A stretch of DNA of 64,000 nt, taken from the NCBI RefSeq assembly GCF_965363235.1, contig NC_134847.1, positions 69,846,935-69,910,934 on the forward strand, read 5' to 3'. The translations under genes and the position numbers were made by a program. The notes under the pieces are model-generated. The model did not search any database and was not told where the DNA came from. It was given only the letters and a program-made list of their open reading frames with translations. The stretch is from Mytilus galloprovincialis. Lineage: Eukaryota. Below, one piece after another: positions 52,528 through 64,000 of this stretch; position 1 is the stretch's first letter, and each line of letters begins with the position of its first letter.

Positions 52528-54400
52528 TACTTTTAGAGTTTTTGGACATTATTAATGGACAGACATTTACTTGTGAAATATTAAAAAATGAATGATATTC
52601 AAAATTTAAACACTAACATGTCAAGAGAGGCAACTCAATTCTTTTTTTATATAAATTGTATAAGTTATAAACAGAAAAGATCTACTTAATCTCAGACACC
52701 AATAGCTGCGGATATGAACAAAACTAAATCCGTTTTCCACTATGTTCACAGGGTCTGGGTAGGGCAGGGTTGATAACATACTAAGATAATTGTTTAGAGA
52801 TGTGTGGCTGGGTAAAAATCACCCCCTTCGTATCTTGAAGTGTTGCGAAAGATGCAAAGACTATTTACAAATCTAACTCACAACTTGTGTTGACAGAGGG
52901 GACAAACAGTACTTGAAGGTCGTTGTCTAGGTGTGGTGGTTTCAAATCGAAGATAATATTATTGTGAAGAGTAAAATTATAAAGGTTCTTCTATTCAGTA
53001 ATTGTGAGCATCAAAGAATCTCACAGGGATGAAGCATTCACTAAAAAAAAGATAATTTTGCCTTGAATTCTATCTTTATCTATAAGTTATAAGCTTAACT
53101 ACATTTATAAGACAACTTTAGGTTACATGCCAAGAAAATAATACAGACAACTTAAAATAATCAATTTAGAAAAGACAAATTGTTCTGCATTCCTGATCTG
53201 ATATTACACAGTAGTGATACAAATTACTGGGTTAGTATATATAGAAAAAAGTAAAATTATAAAAATACTGAAATCCGAGGAAAATTCAAAGCATAGAAAA
53301 AGAATTTAAGTAATTTATTTAATTTATTTTGATCTTTTAATGAAATAGTAAAAGATCGTAAAATGAGTATACAATGATAATAATAAAAAAAAACCACAAA
53401 TAACCTACGTTTTTATAATATGAACACGAATGATAGTTCAAGTAAAATAAAAAAAAAGCTTGGTATGGACACGTTTGGGGGATTGGACACGACTGGGGGT
53501 TTATTAAAAAATGGACACGTTTGAGCCTTTATACAAATGACACGCTTTGGCGCCCTTTGACAACTAGACATGTCTTTGCAGTTCAGTGACGTCGATGTGG
53601 ACACGTTTGGGGGAATCAGACACGTTTGGGGGGTTACATATATACGATACTTTTAGAGTTTTTGGACATTATTAATGGACAGACATTTACTTGTGAAATA
53701 TTAAAAAATGAATGATATTCAAAATTTAAACACTAACATGTCAAGAGAGGCAACTCAATTCTTTTTTTATATAAATTGTATAAGTTATAAACAGAAAAGA
53801 TCTACTTAATCTCAGACACCAATAGCTGCGGATATGAACAAAACTAAATCCGTTTTCCACTATGTTCACAGGGTCTGGGTAGGGCAGGGTTGATAACATA
53901 CTAAGATAATTGTTTAGAGATGTGTGGCTGGGTAAAAATCACCCCCTTCGTATCTTGAAGTGTTGCGAAAGATGCAAAGACTATTTACAAATCTAACACA
54001 CAACTTGTGTTGACAGAGGGGACAAACAGTACTTGAAGGTCGTTGTCTAGGTGTGGTGGTTTCAAATCGAAGATAATATTATTGTGAAGAGTAAAATTAT
54101 AAAGGTTCTTCTATTCAGTAATTGTGAGCATCAAAGAATCTCACAGGGATGAAGCATTCACTAAAAAAAGATAATTTTGCCTTGAATTCTATCTTTATCT
54201 ATAAGTTATAAGCTTAACTACATTTATAAGAGAACTTTAGGTTACATGCCAAGAAAATAATACAGACAACTTAAAATAATCTATTTAGAAAAGACAAATT
54301 GTTCTGCATTCCTGATCTGATATTACAAAGTTGTGATACAAATTACTGGGTTAGTATATATAGAAAAAAGTAAAATTATAAAAATACTGAAATCCGAGGA
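52183..54400 (+). repeat. Local tandem duplication, 2 copies of about 1.1 kb (52183-53290 and 53291-54400), present only in copy B
   Basis: The sequence from 'atagaaaaagaatttaagtaattta' to 'ggaaaattcaaagc' occurs twice head-to-tail, so the right GGACACGTTTGG array appears at both 52340-52520 and 53460-53650. Copy A has one unit. Confidence 0.8.
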
Positions 54401-54682
54401 AAATTCAAAGCGGAAAGTCCCTAATCAAATGGCAAAATCAAAAGCTCAAACACATCAAACGAATGGACAACTTCCTAACTTTGTTCAGGCATTTTCTTAG
54501 GTAGAAAATGTGGGATTAAACCTTGTTTTATAGCTTGCTAAATGCCTCACTTAACGCGCGTAGACTTTGGGCTTTTTGTTTCGTTAGCCATTCACATTGA
54601 CAAATATCATTAAAAAATAATAATTCATTTATACATTTCTAGGCTATCACATGAACAATCTGTGAAATCTTAACAAGCCTTA

Positions 54683-56096
54683 AGCCCCAGTCCCACTAGA
54701 CCACGATCGCACCACGCTCACCGCGATCTAAAATAAATTTAGATCGTGGTGAGGTCGCGGTATGAGCTGCATGAAAATGTAAATTTTCTTTGCTTTCACG
54801 ATGCTACTACGTCCTCTCTACGCTTCTACAAAGATCCCGCTACGATTATACCACGTTCTCACCGCGCTTATTCTGCGACCTCACTACGCTTATCAAGATC
54901 TTTCTACGCTCTTCACGTTCTCATTACGACCATACCACGAGTTATCCGATTGCAACACGATCTTACTGCGATTATAACACGTTCTTTCCACGATTATACT
55001 ACGTTCATAGCGCGATCTTACTACGTTCTCAGCAATAACGTCAACATCGTGTTCCATATCAATACAGTTCAATTCCATCTATTTCTGATTAAATCGTAGA
55101 TTCTCGGAAACATACAGTCATGCCACCAAAATCTACAAAACACCTGGGCATGGTGGTAGGAGTTGATGTAGAGGCAGAGGGAGCAAAGTAACGAATCCTG
55201 ATCTAGCAGAGATGTCGGACCGACCAATACAACCTAAATTACAACCTATTACTGGTCCATAAAGCTCAATGACGATATTTTAGTGAACGATAGCAGAGAT
55301 GATATATATAGGAAGATGTGGTATGAGTGCCAATGAGACAACTCTCCATCCAAGAAACAATTTATAAAAGTAAACCATTATAGGCCAAGGTTCGGCCTTC
55401 AACACGGAGCCTTGGCTCATAATCAATCAACACGTTATAAAGGACCCAACATATTACTAGTGTTAAACCATTTCAACGGGAAAACCAACGGTCTAATTTA
55501 TATAAAAACGAGAAGCATGGTTGAGCAGTTAGAGCAAATGGATAATTACATTCAAAGAAACAAAATCTAGGAGCTTTTTTATATATTTTATGTGAAAATG
55601 ACAATGAGAATGATGATCGTAGTGTGAACGTAGTCAGGTCGTAAGAAGAGCGTGATGAGGACAGCAAGGGCGTGCTAGAATCGTACAATGGTCGTGAACA
55701 GCGTGGTATAGTCGTAGTGGAAGCGTAGTTGGGTCGCAGTGAGAACGAGATGGTCGTAGTGAGGTCGTGATAACGTCGCTGTGAAATCGTAGCGCAGTAT
55801 CTCCGAATAGAATCATACTTTCGCTACGCTCTCGATACGATTGTACAGCGACCTTTGCGATCTTACTACGATCTTAGTGCGCTCTCACTACGCTTCTACT
55901 ACGACCTGATTTCGCCACGACCGCACCACGATTGTTTTGAACATGTTCAAAGTTGGCCACGCTCTTCACGATCTTGAAGACCTCACCACGACCGTGATAC
56001 GACCTTACTGCGATCTACACGATCGCACTACGATCATCAAAACTTGCATTTTTTTCACAGATTGTAGTGCGATTGTGGCCTAGTGGGACTGGGGTA
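54683..56096. mobile_element. 1.4 kb non-autonomous TIR element with TTA target-site duplication (PIF/Harbinger-like), whose interior is made of inverted CTACG/CGTAG short-repeat arrays
   Basis: It has roughly 30 bp imperfect TIRs (left AGCCCCAGTCCCACTAGACCACGATCGCAC, right GTGCGATTGTGGCCTAGTGGGACTGGGGTA). It is flanked by TTA on both sides (54680-82 and 56097-99). The orthologous site in copy A (about 25521-25528, ccTTAggacg) is uninterrupted with a single TTA. The interior 54720-55060 holds arrays of about 20 bp CTACG-containing repeats, and 55620-56060 holds their reverse complement. Confidence 0.75.
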
Positions 56097-58212
56097 TTAG
56101 GACGTGTATTGATTGATCTAAATGAGATATTAAGATTTAAATATCTAACTAACGTCATTCATAGTTTAAACTGATGATACTTATGATTATTAATCATTCA
56201 TATTTCAAATACTATTACTAAATAGAATACTACACTGTAATCCCTTAAGGATATACTTTGAATAAATAAACACATGATTACGGTGACATTATCGATCAAG
56301 ATAACAGGATGATCGGTTGATGATTAAAGAGTGTTTTTCATACGATCGGGGTTTGTGAACCACAATCTGATTTTATTTGCTTCTTTTGGTTTTCTTTTAA
56401 AGGAGGAGGGGTTTAGGAACTGAATAAAGAATATTTTGACCTGATAGATATTTTGCCCCCCCCCCCAAAAAAAACGGGATAACTGAATAATTTGCATCTA
56501 TTATATAGGATAACATTGGTTTTTTTTTTCATCGCAAACCTGTGCAATTTGCTTATTTACTAAATATTTCGTTTAGTTTAAGTTCTTTTTCAAAATCTGT
56601 CAACATTCTTGTACAACTGACCTGTGAGGAAAATACGGATGTGTCATTACTTGAATTTTGGTGTCCTGCTTAGTGCCACGTAAGTTCTACTATTTGCAAT
56701 AGACAAACAAGGAATAGGTCAGTTGATTTTCTTTAAAATTATGCTCAAAGCTCAAACATGACCTCAAACTGCATGACCCAACCCCAAAAATACCAAATAT
56801 CGTATCAATATAAACATCTTTACAATTACACAAATCTTACAAATTTCTGTTTAGATAGAAAATATAATGTAGATTGATATAATAAAACCTTCTATCATTT
56901 ATGGGTAGACTTTACATAGATAAATTCAGCCGTATTTGACGTGAAACTGTACTTATGTGTCCCGTCATACTTTGAACCACACCATTATTTTATTTATTAT
57001 TTTTATTGTAAGTCTGTTTTTTGTTATATCTACTTTACATGAGTCTGCATTTATGTATGCCGTCATACGACAAAATTATTTTTATGTCTACCTGTGCGAA
57101 TTTCAAACGCGCAATTTTACACCAGTAATGAAAACCTTCTTTCATTTATGGGTAGACTTTACATAGATAAATTCAGCCGTATAAGAAAAGCAAAATGAGA
57201 ATGTTAAATTTGATGTATGCCTTTTTGTGCTACTTTGTTACATTTGTTGTTTATGTAGTGATATTAAGATGATAACACAATATTGACTGTTGTACCCCTA
57301 TTTTTGACATTTTTACTCTTTGAGTATGTTTGTTTTGTTCATGCATCGTTGACAATGTAATGGAATTTGATGCGACTGTCATACAAGTGAGAGGTTTAGC
57401 TAGCTATAAAACCAGGTTCAATCCACCATTTTCTACATTAGAAAATGCCTGTACCAAGTCAGGAATATGACAGTTGTTATCCATTCGTTTGATGTGTTTG
57501 GACTTTTGATTTTGCCTTTTGATTTTTGATTTTCCTTTTTGAATTTTCCTCGGAGTTCAGTATTTTTGTGTTTTTACTTTTTAGTTGCTGGTTTTGGTTT
57601 CAGATTTATCTTAATGTTTTGAGTGTATTTGATATTTGTTTGCTATAATATAACCCATGAAACTCATTTTGTATCTAGAAAGTGCCTATACTAAACTATA
57701 ACTCTACATATCATAATAATAATGAGTGCATAAATAGATAACTCTGTAATGGAATCAATATTTTTTGGCATTTAAGTAGGTAGCGGTAAAATGTATTTTT
57801 TTACTGGTCCACTTGGAAACGGGATTTTTTATAAAGATTACAATGGAACATCAAACACGTTCATATCTATATCATTATAACCAATGTTTTGCATTTACAG
57901 TGTGTGTGATGTCGAAATATCAGTGGTATTAATAAATGCCACAAAGTATGAATACGTCCACTACAAAACGATCAACTACATAACAATAGATTTAATTTAT
58001 TTATGCAGTTGGCATTCTTCTAATGTAGTTAATAATATCGTTTTAAAAGTGACAAAAGGCAAAAGTCAAAATCGTACGTTTAACATGTTATAACTTACGT
58101 AATAAGAAAAGAGTAAATAAACTCATCATAGATACCAGGATTAAAATTTTGTATTAACGCCAGACGCGCGTTTCGTCTACAAAAGACTCATCAGTGACTC
58201 TCGAATACAAAA

Positions 58213-59100
58213 AATTGAATGCTTTTTCATATGTTTTCAGTTGGATTTAAATAATGAGAACTGGCACCTTACGCGAGGAGAAATTCTCACTATAGTAGAG
58301 GGGTCTGTAGAAGCTGAACTTAGGGAACGGTCACCCCTCCCCTTACCACATAGCTTCAAAACTTTGACCCCCAAACAAAAATCCCTATCGGTTGCCGTCA
58401 GTGAAATTTGTTTTTATTGGACCAGTGGAATAACCTGTCTCTTGACTGTCAGATTTAACAGGTGAAGGCAAGGACTCCCAGGTCGGAATGCTTTTTCACA
58501 TGTTTTCAGTTGGATTTAAATAATGAGAACTGGAACCTTACGCGAGGAGAAATTCTCACTATAGTAGAGGGGTCTGTTGAAGCTAAACTTAGGGAACGGT
58601 CATTGTTTATCAGCTGAGGGGTATATATGTTCAAATTTATTGAACCCCCCCCCCCCCCCCCAAAAAAAAAACATTATGAACCACATAATGACCCCCCTCC
58701 CCTTACCACATAGCTTCAAAACTTTGACCCCCAAACAAAAATCCCTATCGATTGCCGTCAGTGAAATTTGTTTTTAGTCGACCAGTGGAATAACCTGTCT
58801 CTTGACTGTCAGATTTAACAGGTGAAGGCAAGGACTCCCAGGTCGGAATGCTTTTTCATATGTTTTCAGTCGGATTCAATAATGAGAACTGGAACCTTAC
58901 GCGAGGAGAAATTCTCACTAAGTAGAGGGGTATCTAGAAGCTAAACCTAGGGAACGGTCTTTGTTTATCAGCTGAAGGGTATGTTCAAAATTTTCACCAC
59001 ATAATGACCCCCTACTCTTAACACATAGCTTCAAAACTTTGACCCCAAACAAAAATCCCTATCGATTGTAAAAAGAAATTCTCACTATAGTAGGACATTT
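58213..59100. repeat. Tandem repeat of 270-360 bp units, about 3 copies
   Basis: Units begin 'ggaatgctttttcatatgttttcagttggatttaaataatgagaactgg' at about 58215, 58487 and 58848. The second unit carries a C17A10 homopolymer insert. ORFs 58241-58465 and 58577-58777 are artefacts of this repeat. Confidence 0.8.
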
Positions 59101-59925
59101 CCCAGATTCCAGATAAGGTGTCTGTAGAAGCTAAACTTAATATAGTTATATATGTTCTTGGGAGCAACAAGAACAGTGTGCAGGAGGATTAGATCTGAGT
59201 ACAGAGGTAGTATAAAGTTGAAAGGAAAGGGGATTATTCTTTGATTTTTTGGGGAGGATGATTTTGAAAATGAATATCATATCCATATGTCCACTGAATA
59301 AAATAAGCATAACAGATGAAAATGAATATTCAATTTGGAAAATATTACTTCTGGCCCCCCAAATTATTAAATGGTCATCTAAGCCAAATAATTATGACGT
59401 CTTGACCATGTTGAAAGGCTATTTGATTTTTTTCCTGTGACACATTCCGTCTTTGGACTAACGGTTATCTAATTATTTGTCAATTTGTTAGCTATTTTAT
59501 TTTTTTTTCTGTAACACCTTGCTTTGGACTAATGGGCATCTAATTATTATTTGTCAATTTGTTATACCTTTTAACATAAATGGGGAGACCTGCAATTACT
59601 TCACAATTACTAGGTTGTTTTAAAACATTTCACAGTACTTGCATTTGTTGAATCAGATGAATTACTAGGCATAGTTTTAGTTGTACATGAGTACTGTCAC
59701 GAGACTTTGACTCCATAATGGATGACTGGGAGAGTTAAATAGATTAGCTTCTGCATCTGACATGTCTGATACATCCATTTTATTGGAATGTCTTTTTTTT
59801 CGAAAGTAAAATACATAAAACTCTGTATAAAATCATCAATACCTCTCTCTCTATATCTTCATGTATCTAGATTTTTTGTGCATCCGATGGATAAATCTGT
59901 TGTAGAGTTGTCACTGACTCAGACG

Positions 59926-59928
<3 letters not shown>

Positions 59929-59966
<38 letters not shown>
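59929..59966. repeat. (TA)n microsatellite
   Basis: It is a run of about 19 TA dinucleotides. Confidence 0.9.
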
Positions 59967-59970
<4 letters not shown>

Positions 59971-60399
59971 ACAGAAAAACTTTTTCACTGCTATGAATAT
60001 TGATGTAGGCTCGAAACAATTGCATACAGCCATACACAAGCGTAAATTATACATTTATTTTAGTAAAAAAATTACTAATTTTTAGCACATTTCTACACTG
60101 ATGCAAATACATGTACATGTACTAATACAAATATATTGATTCAGTGGTGATGGTAATAGACACTGAAAACTTTTTAGTTTTGAATGTTTTTTTCTTCACC
60201 TGTTTACCAAGATAAGGTGGAAGTGTGTTCTTATTTCAAGAGAAAGGCACTCAGGATCGATAACGGTCTCCGAATTTGAATATTTTCTTAAAAATTGGCA
60301 TTTTCTGTGGAAAAAAGATTGTTTCAAAAACAAATTTAGGAAGTACAAAACATTACATTTATACGTCATATCACAAATATTTCTGACTTTGTATGGTTT

Positions 60400-61320
60400 C
60401 AGAGGAGTTTTTAGATAATAAGGACATACTATGTAGATGTGCATATTGACAGGAAATTATGATTCAATTTTTTTCTAGGAGTTATGCCCCTTTGAACTTA
60501 TTTGCCCCAATATACTACTGCAACAGTTTGTCAAACCACACAACAGAATTTCATGAAACATTGTCGATAATAAGGACATACTATGTAGATGTGCATATCG
60601 ACAGGAAATTACGATACAATTTTTTTTCTAGAGGTTACGCCCCTTTAAACTTATTTGCCTCAATATACTACTGCAACAGTTTGTAATCGCAACTCCTCTG
60701 AAACCACACAACAAAATTTCATGAAACTTTGTCGATAATAAGGACATACTATGTAGATGTGCATATGGACAGGAAATTACGATACAATTTTTTTTTCTAG
60801 AGGTTACGCCCCTTTGAACTTATTTGCACCAATATACTACTGCAACAGTTTGTCATCGCAACTCCTCTGAAACCACAACAGAATTTCATGAAACCTTTTT
60901 AGATATTAAGGACATACTATAGATGTGCATATCAACAGTAAATTACGATACAATTTTTTTTCTAGGAGTTACGCCCCTTTGAACTTATTTGCACTAATAT
61001 ACTACTACAACAGTTTGTCATCTCAACTCCCCTGAAATCACACAACAGAATTTCATGAAACTTTGTAGATAATAAGGAAATACTATGTAGATGTGCATAT
61101 CGACAGGGAATTATGATTCCAACTTTTTTCTAGGAGTTATTCTCCTATGAACTTATTTGCCTCAATATACAGTTATTATTAATGCAACAGTTTGTCATCA
61201 AAACTCCTCTGAAACATCACAACAGAATTTCATGAAACCTTTTAGATAATAAGGACAGACTATGTTGATGTGCTTATCGACAGGAAATTATGATTCAATT
61301 TTTTTTCTTAGAGTTATTTT
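60400..61320. repeat. Satellite-like tandem array, 155-175 bp unit, about 6 copies
   Basis: The block 'ataataaggacatactatgtagatgtgcatatcgacaggaaattacgatacaattttttttctag' recurs at about 60411, 60567, 60731, 60901, 61071 and 61247. Confidence 0.85.
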
Positions 61321-64000
61321 ATTTGTCCAGTGACAATGTGGGGGCGAGGGGTATGTGAGCGCGCTCACTTATAAGGTTCTTTAATTTGTGTTGATGTTAA
61401 TTGACGGATTACAGCACCGTTTATTTTTATACCATGGCCACAACAAAACTGCATCCTACAAGTTTCATTTATATTTCTATCCACATAACAAAAACCTTGA
61501 AACAAGAATAATTCTGCAAAACCTTATTTATATTTTTTATAGTCTACACTATTTGTAATAATCTATTTAGAGAAATTAAGAATCATAAACAAATGAATTG
61601 GATATACCATGTTATTAAAATTGTTTCATTCTGGTAAATTTGTCTTTTATCATGTTTATATAACTTCAATCAGGCCATGGAGAATCTAAGATAAAGACAA
61701 TGTCAAAGAAAGAATTAAAATATATGTGTGATACAACAGAAGTGTACTTTCTTGCTCATCTAGCCCCATGTGCATGCCAGGTATTATCATCACTTTGAAC
61801 TATTAGACATCTAAGAAACAATGTCGAACATGTAAAGGGAAATTTTCACTAATGATACTGGGATAATCCTTGACTACAGTGTTCCAAGTAAGAAATGCCC
61901 ACCACAATGGACATAATTAGAACCATACGAGAAGAACATACATACAGGTTCTTATAAACCATCTTGCATATCAAAATTACATATAATGTAGAAATGCAGC
62001 TTATGTGTTCCTCTACTAATTTTTAGTATTTTTTTTTTATCCAAAAGCAATTTAGTGGATCTCTTTTTAACAGAATCATTTGGTAATCCATATATTGTGT
62101 ACACAAATTTTATCAGAAAACACCGTCAAACATCCAAACATATTATCCACATTGATCTATGTCCACACTTGTTTTATTAACAACAAATAATGTGAAGCGA
62201 CAGCGAATGTGTCAACTAATGCAATGCGGTTCATTTCGGGAGTTTAAACTTATTAAAGCTGAAAGATGTTATGTAAATTTCGATTATTTCTAATTCAGTA
62301 TGACATCATCTAGTATAATATATACTTTTAATTGGGTTTGAAAAGCCTATGGAAGAGAGTTTTTCAGCATTAATTCTTTTCTTCCAATATATGATGTTCA
62401 TACTTACCTGTATTTTATGTAAGCAAGACGACCTAAAATAAAATACGATGGTTCATATGTGTAGACATAGTGCAACAATTAAATATTTCAATAACTGAAA
62501 AGGGTCAATTATATTGAGTATACTACATTTTATGTAATGATATTTTCCCATTTTATTAAAAGATCCAGGTTTTATAAAGTTAGTTACTCAAATTGGTTTT
62601 CAGTGTTATTGTAGGGAGTTGTCTGTGCGTTGTCTTAATTATATTTGCCCATGCAGGAGTATCATATTTAACCATAGCACTGTTAGTTGCACACATGGCA
62701 ACTGTTAACAATATTCAACTCATTAAAATCAATTATTTTTGACATTGTGTTTTATTCTTTCGAATGATTCTAATGATGGTTTTAATATTTGATATTTAAC
62801 TAGTAAAATGAAAGTTTGCAATATGTGGAGCCCTGTGACTATTAGACGGATTATAAAGTTTTACTGCAAGACATTTACTCAATACAAGTTGCTTCATTAG
62901 CTTTTCTGTCGCATATCATTCAATATGCATGTTGTTTAATCATGCATACATGTTTCAAGGTGAATTTGAATTATTTAAAAATATTTAAAAAGGTTCATAA
63001 AATAATATTGGTATCAATAAAAATATGGAGCCCAATGTGGTGTATTGAAACAATGTAATTATAAATGTGGAAGCTGTTATATCTCCTGCAAAGAACAATA
63101 CAATTACCAATCCTTTTTTCCTACACAATTAAATTATAATGCATCTTTTGTTAACGTGTTCATGTTGTATTTAAGAGACTCGATCTCGACAATATGAATT
63201 TCATTTTAGCGTCATAGTTATATTAACGACCATAACGAGACAGTGATGCTGTTAGACCTTCCATACCAACAGTAAACATTGTGAAGATGAAATAACATAC
63301 AGATATGTTTTTTTTTTAAATGTCATATTGATGATGATGATGACTGTAGATACTCTTTTTATTTTAGAATTCGTTGTCACTTGCCACAATTATTATTGTT
63401 ACCGAAAACCTATTAAAATATAGCTACGAAACAAGAGTTATAAACTGCAGATTCTATTAAGCTCCGTTTGCTTCATGTTTCTGCTTATAACAAGGGAGTT
63501 ACGGGATAGTAACTGCCTTAGAATTTGCATTATTTGCATATTAAGTTGTAATTAATCTAATGTTGCTTCTATACTAAATTGTAGCATTATTTTGTACCAA
63601 TGAGGATCTATCAAGGATAGCAAAATCTATCTATGAGTAACAGCATGAATTAATGGGATAGAAGTAGTATATAAGCTCTTTTATATAAACATGTAGCGGT
63701 CAAAACATTTAATTGTTCAATGTAAAAATAACGATTTGCATTGAAACTAAAAATACATAACATGATAATACATTTTGAACCCCTGTTAGCAGATACATTA
63801 AATCTTCATTGCATAGTTAAAAAAGCATGTACTTTTAAAAATCTTCATATAAAGAAGGATGTCATATCAATTTTGTCAAGTATTTAACAGCAAAAGCAAA
63901 ACCTATTGCTTAAATGTGAAATGATCTAATTGACCGTGTTATCAGCACATCTCGTTATCAGGAATGAAAAGAATCAGGAACACATTCCAATTTGATATCA

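Larger units (their letters stand above)
49857..58213 (+). repeat. Segmental duplication copy B, carrying three copy-specific insertions or duplications
   Basis: Copy B is collinear with copy A (coordinates as listed there) but is about 2.6 kb longer. The extra length comes from a 1.1 kb tandem duplication (52183-54400), a 1.4 kb TIR element (54683-56096) and a 0.7 kb insert (56900-57590). Confidence 0.85.

Noticed and set aside
54746-55816. ORFs 54746-55099, 54790-55038, 54893-55078, 55473-55688 and 55634-55816 with Y/R/S/T-rich translations
   Set aside because: They lie entirely within the CTACG/CGTAG short-repeat arrays of the Harbinger-like element. The reading frames stay open because of repeat periodicity, not because of coding.
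1-64000. Prokaryotic-style defence or operon systems (clustered same-strand ORFs, RBS, terminators)
   Set aside because: The sequence has eukaryotic hallmarks throughout, including spliced exons with GT/AG boundaries, retrotransposons, MITEs with TSDs, satellites, and AT-rich non-coding DNA with sparse ORFs. No operon-like gene clusters are present.

Overview
This 64 kb window is AT-rich, repeat-dense eukaryotic nuclear DNA, most likely from an invertebrate, and carries no prokaryotic-style operons. I conclude it is eukaryotic from the splice-site/intron structure, retrotransposons, MITEs, satellites and Thr-rich mucin repeats. The one convincing protein-coding locus is a three-exon, plus-strand gene for a secreted mosaic protein. 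Exon 1 (about 29389-29718) encodes a signal peptide and a 4-Cys PAN/apple-like module. Exon 2 (about 34292-34403) encodes a small EGF-like Cys module. Exon 3 (36418-45695) is a 9.3 kb exon encoding roughly 25 tandem 121-aa Thr/Ser-rich mucin-type repeats, arranged in 2.2-2.9 kb higher-order repeats, and ends in a short hydrophobic tail. The reading phase is consistent across both introns. The introns and flanks are full of transposable elements. Intron 1 holds a degenerate reverse-transcriptase (RT) retroelement. Intron 2 holds a 296 bp MITE with TAA target-site duplication (TSD). Downstream lies a 5'-truncated CR1/L2-like LINE on the minus strand. The gene is bracketed by two direct copies of a 5.7-8.3 kb segmental duplication (21352-27085 and 49857-58213). 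The second copy differs by a 1.4 kb Harbinger-like insertion with TTA TSD (the first copy preserves the empty site), a 1.1 kb local tandem duplication, and an inserted relic of the mucin gene's own 3' flank. Degenerate mucin-repeat relics and exon-1-like relics suggest the locus is a remnant of a tandemly duplicating mucin gene cluster. Upstream, 11999-19760 forms a giant foldback structure with inverted arms built of 160 bp and 120-140 bp tandem arrays around an 0.9 kb spacer. Several dispersed SINE/MITE-like families, satellites, minisatellites and homopolymer tracts are also present. All coordinates derived by hand-counting may be off by ±1-2 nt.
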